Positions 45,750 to 56,658 of a stretch of DNA of 57,899 nucleotides are shown piece by piece. Both the position numbers and the translations under genes were made by a program. Origin of the DNA: Macrostomum lignano (taxonomy: Eukaryota); contig NIVC01004149.1 in assembly GCA_002269645.1 (NCBI GenBank), positions 1 through 57,899 on the forward strand. Direction: 5' to 3'. Below the pieces are notes generated by a model. The model was not told the origin of the DNA, ran no database searches, and saw only the letters and a list, made by a program, of their open reading frames with translations. The first letter of the stretch is position 1. Every line of letters starts with the position of its first letter.

Positions 45750-47289
45750 CTTCGATTTGTGTCAATGACAAAGTAACTTCTGTCTGAGATCCCAACTGCT
45801 CCGACAAATCTAACCTGCTCGCTTCCGTTTTGTGTACACTCCTTTGCCTGCTCTACATGTGCGTTATCATTTTATACTCGTTTTTTGTTTTAATTTGAAT
45901 TCTTTGAATAAAAACACTAGCCAAAAAATATTCCGTCGCTTCATTTTTGAGTTTGACAGATTCCGCAGAAAACAGAGAAAAAAGTCATAAAAATCAATAA
46001 GAAAAACTGGCCTCATGAGACAACGGGTATTTCTTCGCTTCCACTCCAGATGCTAATTATAGAACTCCTTGCCTGAGAAAATCGTCCGAGGGCTTTCAAC
46101 CATAAAACGATTTTCTTATCGCGTGTGAAAAAAATTTACCCCAGTAAACTGATACATCTTTTCATTGAGGGTTTTAACCACAGACAAAATGTCAGCGATG
46201 AGAGACCTATCCGACTTGGTATAACCAGCAGATAGTCCAGGCCAGATCGGAGTGGTTACCAGCAGAGTAAACAGGGAACAGTCTAAAGTTGATGTAGTAT
46301 TTCAAAATGCCTGGGCAGACAGAGTGTAATTTAGCCTATCAATATTGTGATGGGTTTCGGCCTTTTCGGCTCCTTTGTGGAAGCCTTCGGACCTCAGGTC
46401 TCTTAAATGAATCCATTAGAATCCTGGCCCTCCACTCCTGTCAGATGGTCAGCCCCACGGTAGCTTGATCTGTGGCGAGCAGTCTAGGTCCTATAGCTAA
46501 GAGAGGGACAGCGAGAGACAAGCAGGGAGAATTTTAAAGGTAGAGATTAGCCAGTCCGCAGATTAACTAAGCCGCTGCCACCAGCCCGTGCGTTCTGGCT
46601 CACCAAACCGGAACTTTCGAAATCGGGCTTCCGACTAGAGGGGGCTTAGCACTTACCTGCCAACTATTGTCTTTTTGCTGTCAATCTCGAAGTCATAGCC
46701 GATGATAAGGGACACTGCTGGGACTAGATCGCATTGGCCATGCAGGTATAGAGGGGACTTGTGCAGGGCATTCTTGCAGTGGCGAGACTATGGGGTAGCT
46801 ACATGTACTATTACATTGCTAAATACGAGGAATTGTACTTTTGGCCTTCAACGCACCAACCAGCCTCTCGTAGCGCTGATGATAGACTAACTCGAACTTC
46901 AGAGACCGCATGATTCATTTACCCGAGCCGCTTGGCGAACCTAGAGTGCACAAAGTACATCTCTGGCGCCGATTTTGCACTATTGGCAATTTTCTAACTG
47001 GTTTGATAGATTGATCGACTGAGAACTGCCTTGCCATTGGTCCACTGTGACTGGCGCCTACTAGCTTAGCTACTCATCTGAGCCATCGGCGAACAAAGAA
47101 ATAAAACTGATAAAAATAACTGTCAGATTTAACCTTCTCACTAAATCCCTTCACACTTCAGATTGAATTGGAGTATCAGACTACTATTAGTATTATTATT
47201 AAGTGATTTCTGCCTCAATAACAGCACCGCTGAACAAAATGAGTAAAAGCGTCGCCTAATCCAGCTACTGAAATAGGGGACAGATAAGG

Positions 47290-47755
47290 AATCACCCAAT
47301 CAAGCAAGCCTAGGTAGCCTCTCACCCAACCAATCAGAAACTCAACAGCCGGAGACCAGGTAATCCACAGTGACCGAATCGGCTTAGTGCTTCGCAGCTG
47401 TAGGCCCGGGTATGATGCTGATGTCACAATCTTCGCAGATAGCTAGCAGGTGATGATCTTAACTTTGATGTTCGCTGCTGACGACCGGGGGAATTCGTCC
47501 TTGATGGTGACGGGGGAAGTTGCGATCCGGGGATCAAGAGAAGACGGTCGAGCTCCGGGAGGTCTAAGTTAGGCCAAGGTCCCAGGAGGTTGAGGTCCGA
47601 GCGGGCCAAAAACACCGGTTTAAATAGCCGCCAACTGGACTGCAATTTGTTATAATGGAACACCTCCACGCTGATTGGCTGAGCCGATTTGTTATAACTG
47701 ACGTCGAATTTTCTGATTGGCTGAGCTTGTTGCCACCCAAACTCACGTGACCAGA
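47290..47755 (-). promoter_or_regulatory. CCAAT-rich promoter-like cluster
   Basis: CTGATTGGCT twice (~47672, ~47714), CCAATC twice (~47297, ~47331), TGACGTC (~47699), TCACGTGA (~47743), and a TATTTAAA-like box on the minus strand (~47620). No downstream CDS was identified. Confidence 0.35.
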
Positions 47756-50419
47756 AGATCCTATCAGTTCTCTCGGGCGATAAAAATACGCCAGGTGCAG
47801 TCACAAATCCCTCAAAATTGCTACATAATGATTTATGACCTTTCGCGTAGGAATGACAAAAATTAATAAAAAAATATACATTAGAAAGGTCTTATTAAGT
47901 AGAAAACGAAGAGGGTGAAGAGAATTCACTAATCGCTAATCCCAAAGTACTTTTAGGGGTAAAACGCATAGCTGTCAGAACTGTCAAACGCTTTAGTGAA
48001 CACGAACAATGGGCCTGACCTCATAAATCTGATGGCCTGTCAAAATGATGAGAAAAAAGCTACCGCCCGCATCCTCTCAGACCATCTGGCGCCAGCCTCA
48101 GCATTGAGTGAGGCGCAGGTGGCTGTCAGACCAGCTCAAAAGCAATGATTTATGATCCTAAAAGCAACAAAAAACCGCGCCTAATGTTATTATAACTACA
48201 AGTATGGCAGATTCATATGGCTACAAAAGTCCTACTAGTATGAATTCTAAAAAAATTACAAAAAATCAGAAAAATGCCCATAGCCTGCTGTTAGTAGGCT
48301 AGCCAGTTTGGAGCCCATGTGCGAGCGTGAAATTTGGAAAAAAGTGCGTCCTCATCAATTGAACAATTTACCGTAAATTTTTATCTTGCTTCGAAAGGAA
48401 GCTTAATTTGCTCTTGGTTTTACGTACATGTAGCGGTAGTTCGCTGCCACTACTGACGCGAGAATTCGCGGGAAAGTAATCCAGTCCGACTCAAGTATAC
48501 ATGTACATGTATTTAGAACCAGCTAATTAATATTATGAAAGCTTTTTTAGTTAAAATCTCTTATAGGATCTCATTGATACTGCACTGAATTAAGAGTCAC
48601 GAACAGGTCTAAGAACAAAATTTTTCCAGAAATGAATAATGCGCTTGTTTCGCGAACAATGTCAGAACGTAACTACATGTATATTTTCCACGTAAGCGGA
48701 TAATTTTACCCAATCAGTCGAGTTTTATTTAATAAAATCTACAAAATAAAAGTTACATTTTAATTGTAATTTGTTATTTAACAACGGACAGGCTGCTATT
48801 AAAACTTTCATGTTTAATAGCCGTTACGTATGTAATTCATCATTACGTACATCAATTTCTCAAATTTGTCCAACGCGATCCCAATCCTAGATGATCGAGG
48901 CCCCTCTCCCTCCTGATGACTTATCGGATGAATCATCGACGCTAAGCCCCCCACTCCTCCCCCATCTCAACCTCTGCTCTTTGGGTTCTGAATCCTGCAT
49001 TGCGGAATTCAAACGCACCAAATGAAATTCTCTTCCTGCAATTAATCCATTTTACCATGTCCTAGTCATATGCTTTTACTTATAGAGCTACTGAATTGAG
49101 CTACGATAAGGAAAAGTTTATCTTCCACCTTGACCAAGTTGCTGTGTGCGGCGGAGGCTAATTACCCCTTCTTAACTATCGTGCTGCATGCAGCTGGACA
49201 CAGTTGTTCACGTTTTTGTGTCTATAAATACATGTTGGTAAGAGTTTTAAGGCTTAAAATTGACCTACATGTAAATGTTTGATTGATGTTCAGTTGCCAT
49301 ATGATAAGTTTGATTTTTTTATCTGCTACGGTCGAAGGGCGTTTTCTTATTGAGGGCTAATTATTTTTGGAACAGCAATTTTCGCAATTTCGTTTCAGCC
49401 AATTATCTGCTTGATAATGGTCAATGCAGACTGAAACGCGTTGCTTTAGAAAATGAAATAAAATGTTGATTTTGAGCCTTCGATCTTTTTCTATCACTAC
49501 TCAAGCGAAATTAAGTTCCAAATATGTTAACGATAACGGGAATGGTCATTACATGCATGCGCGCACATATGTGGAGTAGACCATTTGAGTGCCCCAAGTT
49601 GACTGCCACTATTTGACCGCCAAGAGTTTGCCTCGATTTTGATCTTCCTAAAGAGAGTGGTTTAGCATGTATTATGCGCCCGGCCTCTCCAACTCTTGCA
49701 TCTTACTCTTTTATTCTCCCACCTTCAAATTAAGCTATGAGGGAGCTTTGGGCTTTTTTATACGACTCTTTGGGGGCTACTGATGCAATCAGGATGCCTT
49801 ACTCGTACATCCCTTTTGATAGTAACAGCTCCTACTGGGAAAATCAGAGAAAGCCGCACAGAGCTGCCAGCAGCACACAGAGCTTGCAGGCGATTCAGCC
49901 TCTGACCTCTCTGCGTCAAATCCACATTTTAATATTCTCGGTTGCTGCATGAGAATATGCTTTTAGGGCATATAATTTAGTCGGGTTTTCTGTGACAACA
50001 CTCATTCGGAGGCGGTCTAGTAACAAGTCTCTCGTTTGAGGAAACTGCGATTACCTGACGCTGATGGGACGGGACGGGACGGGCAGTCTTCAGCAGGAGA
50101 CTTTGAGTAGGGTGGGCTAGTGCACTAGAGAACTTTCTGGGGAAAAATACATACAGCACTGCAGGAGCAGCAGATTGAGTCAGTTTTCGAGCTCCTGGAC
50201 GTGAGTCCGTCTGCAACGATTCAAACGATGATGATGATCACTTTTCTCTTGTCTCAACCAACGCAGACTACGCAGACTATATTTGATTGGAGCCACCCCG
50301 TTGTGAAGGAGCGGCGAGATGAGTTCACACAGTGGATGTTGAACGAAAGACACAATTATGTATAAATAATCAGCGGTCCCAGTGCGTTACAACAATTTTT
50401 TTGACTCGCGCCTACCGGC

Positions 50420-50545
50420 GCTTGCATTCTAGAGTGACAAGAATTTGTGATCTTGACAGCAACGGTGCCACTGTGCATGACATCATGCACGTGTCAGGAC
50501 ACAAGTCCGAGTCCACCGTACAACGCTATCTGCATACAAGGCGTG
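50420..50545 (+). pseudogene. Tyrosine recombinase (Crypton-like) C-terminal catalytic fragment
   Basis: RLHSRVTRICDLDSNGATVHDIMHVSGHKSESTVQRYL: H-x-x-R-like box, GH motif and catalytic Tyr. Confidence 0.65.
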
Positions 50546-51338
50546 ACCGAAGTCAGTACCAATCTTCCTGCCGTGCGCACGAGACATCGTGCTGTTCTCT
50601 ATCGTATACCGGTAAAGTGTCTCCATTCTTGAATCGAATCGGGACAAAGTGCTTCTCAAACTGAATGAAACATTTTGTCTGAACGCAGCTATCTATGGCC
50701 TGAACTAGATTTAGCTCTGGTTAAGAAAGGAGTGGCGGATTTAGCCCCCGTCCCCTTTGTTGTTGGCGATGATAGCGCCCCTTTTCTTTTGCCTTTCCAG
50801 TCCTATTTTTTCAGCAGTCGCATATCGGTAAATTCCTCATCCCCTCTGCTTACAAAACCGACAGCTGAGGAACCGCTGCCGCAGACTGAAAGTTAATTTT
50901 TTCTTGAATTGAAAAATTTGCTTTTGCTTTTCTACAAATGAAACAGGTTTTCAAGTAGTTCTTTCCGTTGGTTCATACAGGTCTTCATTCATCTTGCTTC
51001 GGCAGAGTTTTTGTTTAACCTGCTTGCGGTGTTTCCAGTGTATTAATAAAATGCCTTTTAAATTTTCGTATGAGTTCGTAATTTAGATTCTAAAAGGCTG
51101 TGTCTGCTGGCCTGTAAAAGTGCTCAGCTATAATTTTTGCCGAACTGCCATGGATTTTGCATCCCCTTAATAATCGAATTCTATCGTATACAGCTCCGCT
51201 AGCCAATCAGAAGCCTAAAACTTGTCTCCACTGCTCCATATCCCTTGGTATTTAGTTAGGCAGAAAGCTTGCCTCAGGAAACGGCTCACGAATTCGAACG
51301 GTCTATCATTAAGCAGTAAGTCTAGAGTACCCGTAGTT

Positions 51339-52538
51339 ATGCAGCGATGCTTTGAATTACTGTTTCTGGCCTTGGCTCTAACGCTGAAGCCGTCAGACTG
51401 CCTGGATCCGTCAACCAACACTGACGGACCCGTCTGCAGAGCCCTGGCTCAAAGCGTCGGCCCGAAGTATCTGGCCCAGTGCCGGTCTATGCAGCCACCC
51501 AGTCTCAGTGGTTACAACACCACCGTACATGTGAACATCGATGTGAAGACAGTCTACGGACTAGGCGATGAAGAACTGCTAGAATGGTCCGGCTGGGTAC
51601 TGATGTCGTGGCGCGATCCAAGACTAGCCTGGAACGCTACTGAGACTGGCGTGACTCAGATGCGACTTGACAGGAATAGCCTGTGGATACCCGACATCGG
51701 CTATTGGAACGCTAAATCGGTCGAGTTTTTCGATTTGCGCAACTCGAAATTCCTCGAAACAATCGCGTCTCCGGATGGTTCCGTATTTACTTACATTTAC
51801 ACAGTGACCCAGTTTCCTTGCTCTCTGGATATGCGTTTATTTCCATTTGATCGACAGGTGTGCACACTACAAATCGGATCTATTAACTCGCCATCCAGCG
51901 TTTTCAGCTTTACTCTGACCAGCAGAATGAGTGCCAGTACGTCTGATAGCAGCGCTTTCTTTAGCGTAGGCGAATGGGACTTGGTCGGACTCACCCACAG
52001 CGTCAAGTACATGGTTGTAGCTAACAGCTCCACGTTCCAGTTTGTCAATTTGCGATTCTTTCTGCAACGTCGCGTGACGTATTACGCAATCCTGATGATT
52101 GTGCCGTACGAACTGTTGTCGCTACTGGCTAGTATCATGTTCTTCGCTGAGCAGCAGGGCGACCGAGCTAACGTGTCAATCGCCATCATCATGTCTATGA
52201 CGCTGTACGTCCTCATCGCCTCTCAATCCGCGCCCAAGTCGATGAACATCATTCCTCTGGTTGGAACATTCCTAATCACCCAGATGCTTATACTGATCTT
52301 CTTCACCTTTGTTGCAGTTTTCCGTTTTCCTCAAGTGGCAGCTCATCGCACGCAGTCTGAGTCCGCTGAGAAACGACGGTCGATAATTGCCCGACGCTTG
52401 GCCGTTTTTCTATCCTTTTTAGTGCGACACAAAGACAAAATCTGCTTTGCTAGCTATTTGGGCGCCAGCGCGTTCAATGCGCTTTTCTTTCTGTGCATCT
52501 GGCCTGCGGCTTCTCGCGATGCTGACTGGATTAAATAA
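51339..52538 (+). CDS. Intronless Cys-loop ligand-gated ion channel subunit, nicotinic-receptor-like, non-alpha type
   Basis: Signal peptide from ATG 51339, WRDPRLAW, LWIPDI, Cys-loop C-x13-C (CSLDMRLFPFDRQVC), GEWDL, RRVTYY and four hydrophobic TM segments. Confidence 0.92.
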   Translation: MQRCFELLFLALALTLKPSDCLDPSTNTDGPVCRALAQSVGPKYLAQCRSMQPPSLSGYNTTVHVNIDVKTVYGLGDEELLEWSGWVLMSWRDPRLAWNATETGVTQMRLDRNSLWIPDIGYWNAKSVEFFDLRNSKFLETIASPDGSVFTYIYTVTQFPCSLDMRLFPFDRQVCTLQIGSINSPSSVFSFTLTSRMSASTSDSSAFFSVGEWDLVGLTHSVKYMVVANSSTFQFVNLRFFLQRRVTYYAILMIVPYELLSLLASIMFFAEQQGDRANVSIAIIMSMTLYVLIASQSAPKSMNIIPLVGTFLITQMLILIFFTFVAVFRFPQVAAHRTQSESAEKRRSIIARRLAVFLSFLVRHKDKICFASYLGASAFNALFFLCIWPAASRDADWIK

Positions 52539-53754
52539 GGCCTGCGATCAAGAGTGAGAAGTTCACGGTAAACTTGACACTAAACATTAGATCTTATCTT
52601 TTATCTTTGCAGTAAGTCCCATAAAAGCCCGTGTACCCCTTTCTTCTCTACCCCTGCAGTGAGTCTCTTATTACACTTTAAACAGTCTTGCACCCTGCAA
52701 CCCATATCTAACCGTAAAGTTGTTTAAACAAATTATGAACCAGTGATGATGCAATATAGTAATATTTACAAACAAAAATCTTACAGTACCGTGGGCTAAA
52801 CTATTTTATATTTCTCAGAATTCCTTCGCTTGAAGCCTTGTTAATCGATGTTTTTTGAGTTTGCGATGCAATTAATTTTTCTAAAACGCTTTGACGCTCT
52901 CAGTTGTTTACCAATCGTAATAAGAAATTAACGAAATAGATATCTGATATTTGAACAGATATTTGAATTTGAAGTGTCAACCTTCGCTTCAGAAAAGCGT
53001 ATTTGCTCCTCGTCGTATCTATTGTGCGTTCATTAAAAAAATTTTTTGACGAGAAAAGGTGCGGCGGTTTAATTTAAATGGTTTGGTTTTCATTAATTTG
53101 TACAATGTCTGCACCATTCTGGACCACTTATTTGAACAGCGGTTATGCACATGTAAGATAGCATGCTGCGGAATTCTTGGTTTTCTATTCTTGCCCTTTT
53201 TGTCCCATCTTCCTCATTCTTCCCATCTTCCTCAGTTGTCATTCCTTTGCTATTTCGTCAATTTTGCTGCTATTTTTTACTCAAGCTCTCTCATTTCTCT
53301 TAGTCTTAACGTGCTCAGTTTTTTGGCGCTTCCACTGAGCGCTGAATTTATAAATCTTTACTAGTCATTTGTGGCGTTGAATTTCATGGCTTGACTAGTA
53401 TTTTGAGAAATGAATATTAATTGATGATTATTTAGTTTCCAACTTTGAGTTCCGCTATTTCATCGATGTTTCTGACAGTTTTAGGGACCATCTGTTCGTG
53501 CAACTGACGATATTCAGTTCACCAAGACTTTTTTGTATGTTTTTTGAGTTCATAGCTGGCAGTAGTACACCTTTTCACGTTCAATTTTGAACAAAGTCCA
53601 GTTCTAAAAAAACTAGCGGAAATTCTATTCAGACAATTCAGACTGGGGCAACAAACCCCATTTCAAAACATTGTCCCATGACTGAGCGTGCGTTTTTGGT
53701 CCAAAAAGCGTGCATTAATCTTACAGTCTATGGCCCAACCCTATGCGGCGTAGC

Positions 53755-53835
53755 CAAAAAAGCGTGCAGATAATGAAAAAAGCGTGCAGATAATGAAAAA
53801 AGCGTGCAGATAATGAAAAAGCGTGCAGATAATAG
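53755..53835. repeat. 20-bp tandem repeat AAAAAGCGTGCAGATAATGA x4
   Basis: Direct reading; one similar copy near 54550. Confidence 0.9.
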
Positions 53836-53929
53836 CTTACAGCGCCACAAAAAACAGCAGTTTGCAAGCAACGTTTATTAAAACAAAGGGGAAAAACACA
53901 GCAGAATTTAACAAAGAAAAGACGCCCAC

Positions 53930-54452
53930 CGGCCTTCAGCATTTGATTTGCAGAGTAGAATCGACCATCGGAAATGATGTTGATGCCCCGGTTCTTCATC
54001 AGGTAGTGGAACAAGGCAGCGCGAATGCACACGAGGCTGCTAGGAGCATACGGCTGGCCATCAGTCTTGTGAAGAGTGCCGTAAAAGTAGCGCAGGCCAA
54101 CGCTCAGCTCCTCACGTTGCGAGGTGTCCAAATCGACGCGCAGGTGCGGATACTTTGCCAAGAAATCGCGAAATTTCGCGACGTATTGAGCCTCATGCTT
54201 CTTAGACGATTTGACATCGGTCTCTTGCTCCAGCGCCCGGATTGATGCGTCAAGGTCGATCGAGGCCAAGTCGTCGTTCAAATCAGGGATGGAGTCGAAT
54301 AGGCGGTTCAGCTCCTCGTTGTCGTCCACACTAGTTGCTTGGAGACGTAACTGCTCGTCCACAAGCTTCTCAACGTCGGCCCACTCCAAATGGTGGGAGA
54401 TCTCACCGGCCGTCATGCCGCTTCTCATGCCGTTAGGAAATAATGAATCCAT
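53930..54452 (-). pseudogene. Crypton-type tyrosine recombinase N-terminal domain (ZMYM/QRICH1/KCTD1-related region), truncated
   Basis: AKFRDFL...EELSVGLRYFYGTLHKTDGQPYAPSSLVCIRAALFHYL...INIISDGRF..ANQML. The ORF then runs into repeats, so the catalytic domain is absent. Confidence 0.72.
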
Positions 54453-54645
54453 ATGGGGCCAAACTCACGATCAGAAGCTTGTGCATAGCAAGAAATTGTC
54501 TATGGTCACTAAGAAAATGTCTATGGTAGGAACTCCTAGCTGCAGGAACAAAAAACGTGCAGATAATAAAGTACAGTGCTGTGACGAAGAATTTTTTCAA
54601 CGCACGCTCAGTCATGAGACAATATGCCTACTACTAGGCTTACTC

Positions 54646-54707
54646 GTGCGATAATAGTCTATGGCACTCGTGCGCTTCGCGCACTCGAGCCAAGACTATT
54701 ATCGCAC
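54646..54707. other. GC-rich DNA hairpin
   Basis: Perfect 15-bp outer stem GTGCGATAATAGTCT/AGACTATTATCGCAC plus inner GTGCGC-TTC-GCGCAC. Confidence 0.85.
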
Positions 54708-54718
54708 TCGAAAGCCTA

Positions 54719-56658
54719 GTATTGGTTTTGTCAGCCTAACTGAGAATAAAGCCATCCAAAGTGAGAATCCTGCCTACGCTGACTGCGAAGGGCCTGGCTG
54801 CGTGCAGCCTTAGTCTATGGGCCATCGACTATAAAGGATAAGCAAAGTGATAAAAAGCCATCCAATGTGAGAATCCTGCCTACGCTGAATACGAAAGGCC
54901 TAGCTGCGTCCAGCCTAGTCTATGAGCCATAGACTATAAAGGACAAGCAAAGTTTAAAAAAGGCATCCAATGTGAGAATCAATCGCTTTTTCTCTTTCCC
55001 CTAGCTCTCTCTACTCCTCCAAGCGCAACTCCTCCATCACTGCTTCTCCATCACCCACAGTCTCGTTGCTTTCTTGCCTATTTATCCAACACTTAGAATT
55101 AACAGAGTTCAGTCTTCACCACTGCAATAAAAATGCCCGCCTCATCTGTGGACCGCCAGCGACTCATTGCGGCCATTGAAAATGGAAGCTCACTAAGGGA
55201 AGCAGCAGCCGTCCTGCAACTGCCTGTCTCAACTGCCTATAGAATTGCCCGTCAGCATCGCCTAGAAGGAAGAACTGAGGCGCTTCCTCGCGGTGGTCAA
55301 CGACTTCTTAAAGTTGATGATGAAATGCGGCAATTTCTGAACCAGAAGCTGCAAGAGAACTCCTTCCTAATGTTAAAAGAGATGGCCAACTGCATGGCTG
55401 CACAGTTTCCGGAGAAGCCTCAAGTGGGGTACAAGACGGTCGATCGGATGCTCCAAGGGATGCTATACACCCTGAAGCTTGGAACGAAGGGCAGTGACAC
55501 CAGAGCGAGCTGCAATCTTCCTGAAAACATCGAGGCCCGGAGAGAATATGCCAACTTCATGCTGCACCTTGACGCCTCCGTACACATCGTCTATTTGGAC
55601 GAAACTGGATTCAACTTGTGGCTACGGCGATCGCAAGGCCGTGCTATCAGGGGTCGCCCTGTTAAGCGGACTGTGACGACACAAAGAGGCCCAAACGTGA
55701 CCGTCTGCATGGCTATCTGCGCAGAGTTTGGCCTGGTGCACTCGACCGTGCAGCGGGGTGGTCAGACGCTGGTTCGCTTCCAGGAGTTCATCAACTTCTT
55801 GGCAGAGCGATGCAATGAGCTCGATGCCGATGGAAGCTGGCTGGTTGTGATGGACGGCCCGCACTTCCACAGGGGAGCCAGGGTGCCGGAGCAACTACAA
55901 GAGAAGATCTCGATTCGCATCCTGCCGCCATACTCACCCTTCCTCAACCCATCGGAACTGGCCAACAGTGCGCTGAAGGCACGGATCAAAAGCCGCCTGG
56001 CAGACGCTGGACTAGTCAACGAGGAGGCCGTTGCTCCAGATGGCGTCAACCAAGAGGAGTGGCGATTCATGCTGTTAGAGAGGGAGGCGCGCGAAGCGAT
56101 TGACGACACAGTCACTGCTGGAAGGCTGCCGCGTGGGACCTGCGTTGCAGACGACTCTTTGGGCAGTGCATTGAGGGACGGCTATTTTAACTCTTTACTT
56201 TACTGTACTGTATCATCCAGTGTGTTCCTGTTTCCGTTATTCCGTTCAAGCTATTGGCTAGTCATATGGCTCAGAAGGTATAAAAATAAAAGAATACGTG
56301 TGATGTCTATGGTATTGAATGCGAGCTATTTTATTTTGACTCTTGCAGTTCACTAACTCTGTTACTTTCTCTAAAACAAGACTGCGCATTTTCTTACGGC
56401 TACGAGCCGGATTCAAGTATACAATCGTATGCACTTTTCTGTCAAACCTGACAAACCTATTCCGACTCACTCCGACACAACAATACGACGCATAGACCAA
56501 TCGATTCTCACATTGGATGCTTTTTATCACTTTGCTTGTCCTTTATTGTCTATGGCCCATAGACTAAGGCTGCACGCAGCCAGGCCCTTCGCAGTCAGCG
56601 TAGGCAGGATTCTCACTTTGGATGGCTTTCTTCTCAGTTAGGCTGACAAAACCAATAG
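54719..56658 (+). mobile_element. Tc1/IS630-superfamily DNA transposon with long, internally repeated TIRs and TA target duplication
   Basis: TA|GTATTGGTTTTGTCAGCCTAACTGAG...CTCAGTTAGGCTGACAAAACCAATAG|TA. ~108-bp sub-repeats, about 2.3 copies on the left and 1.5 on the right. Confidence 0.88.
55133..56190 (+). CDS. IS630/Tc1-like transposase; likely 1-nt frameshift near 56120 before the true C-terminus
   Basis: N-terminal HTH, YLDETGF, VMDGPHFH and PPYSPFLNPSE. The alternative frame gives AAAWDLRCRRLFGQCIEGRLF* ending at 56190. Confidence 0.88.

Noticed and set aside
44292-45767. CATAGACAC / GTGTCAATG as P-element TIRs
   Set aside because: Only 8 of 9 bases match and there is no 8-bp TSD.
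50285-50365. Possible Tc1-like transposase scrap (WSHPVVKERRDEFTQWMLNE)
   Set aside because: Too short to support without a search.
53059-53364. 101-aa hydrophobic ORF
   Set aside because: Non-ATG start, T-rich low complexity, no motif.
56191-56356. Hydrophobic C-terminal tail of the 407-aa transposase ORF
   Set aside because: Probably a frameshift read-through; the alternative frame gives a typical C-terminus ending at 56190.
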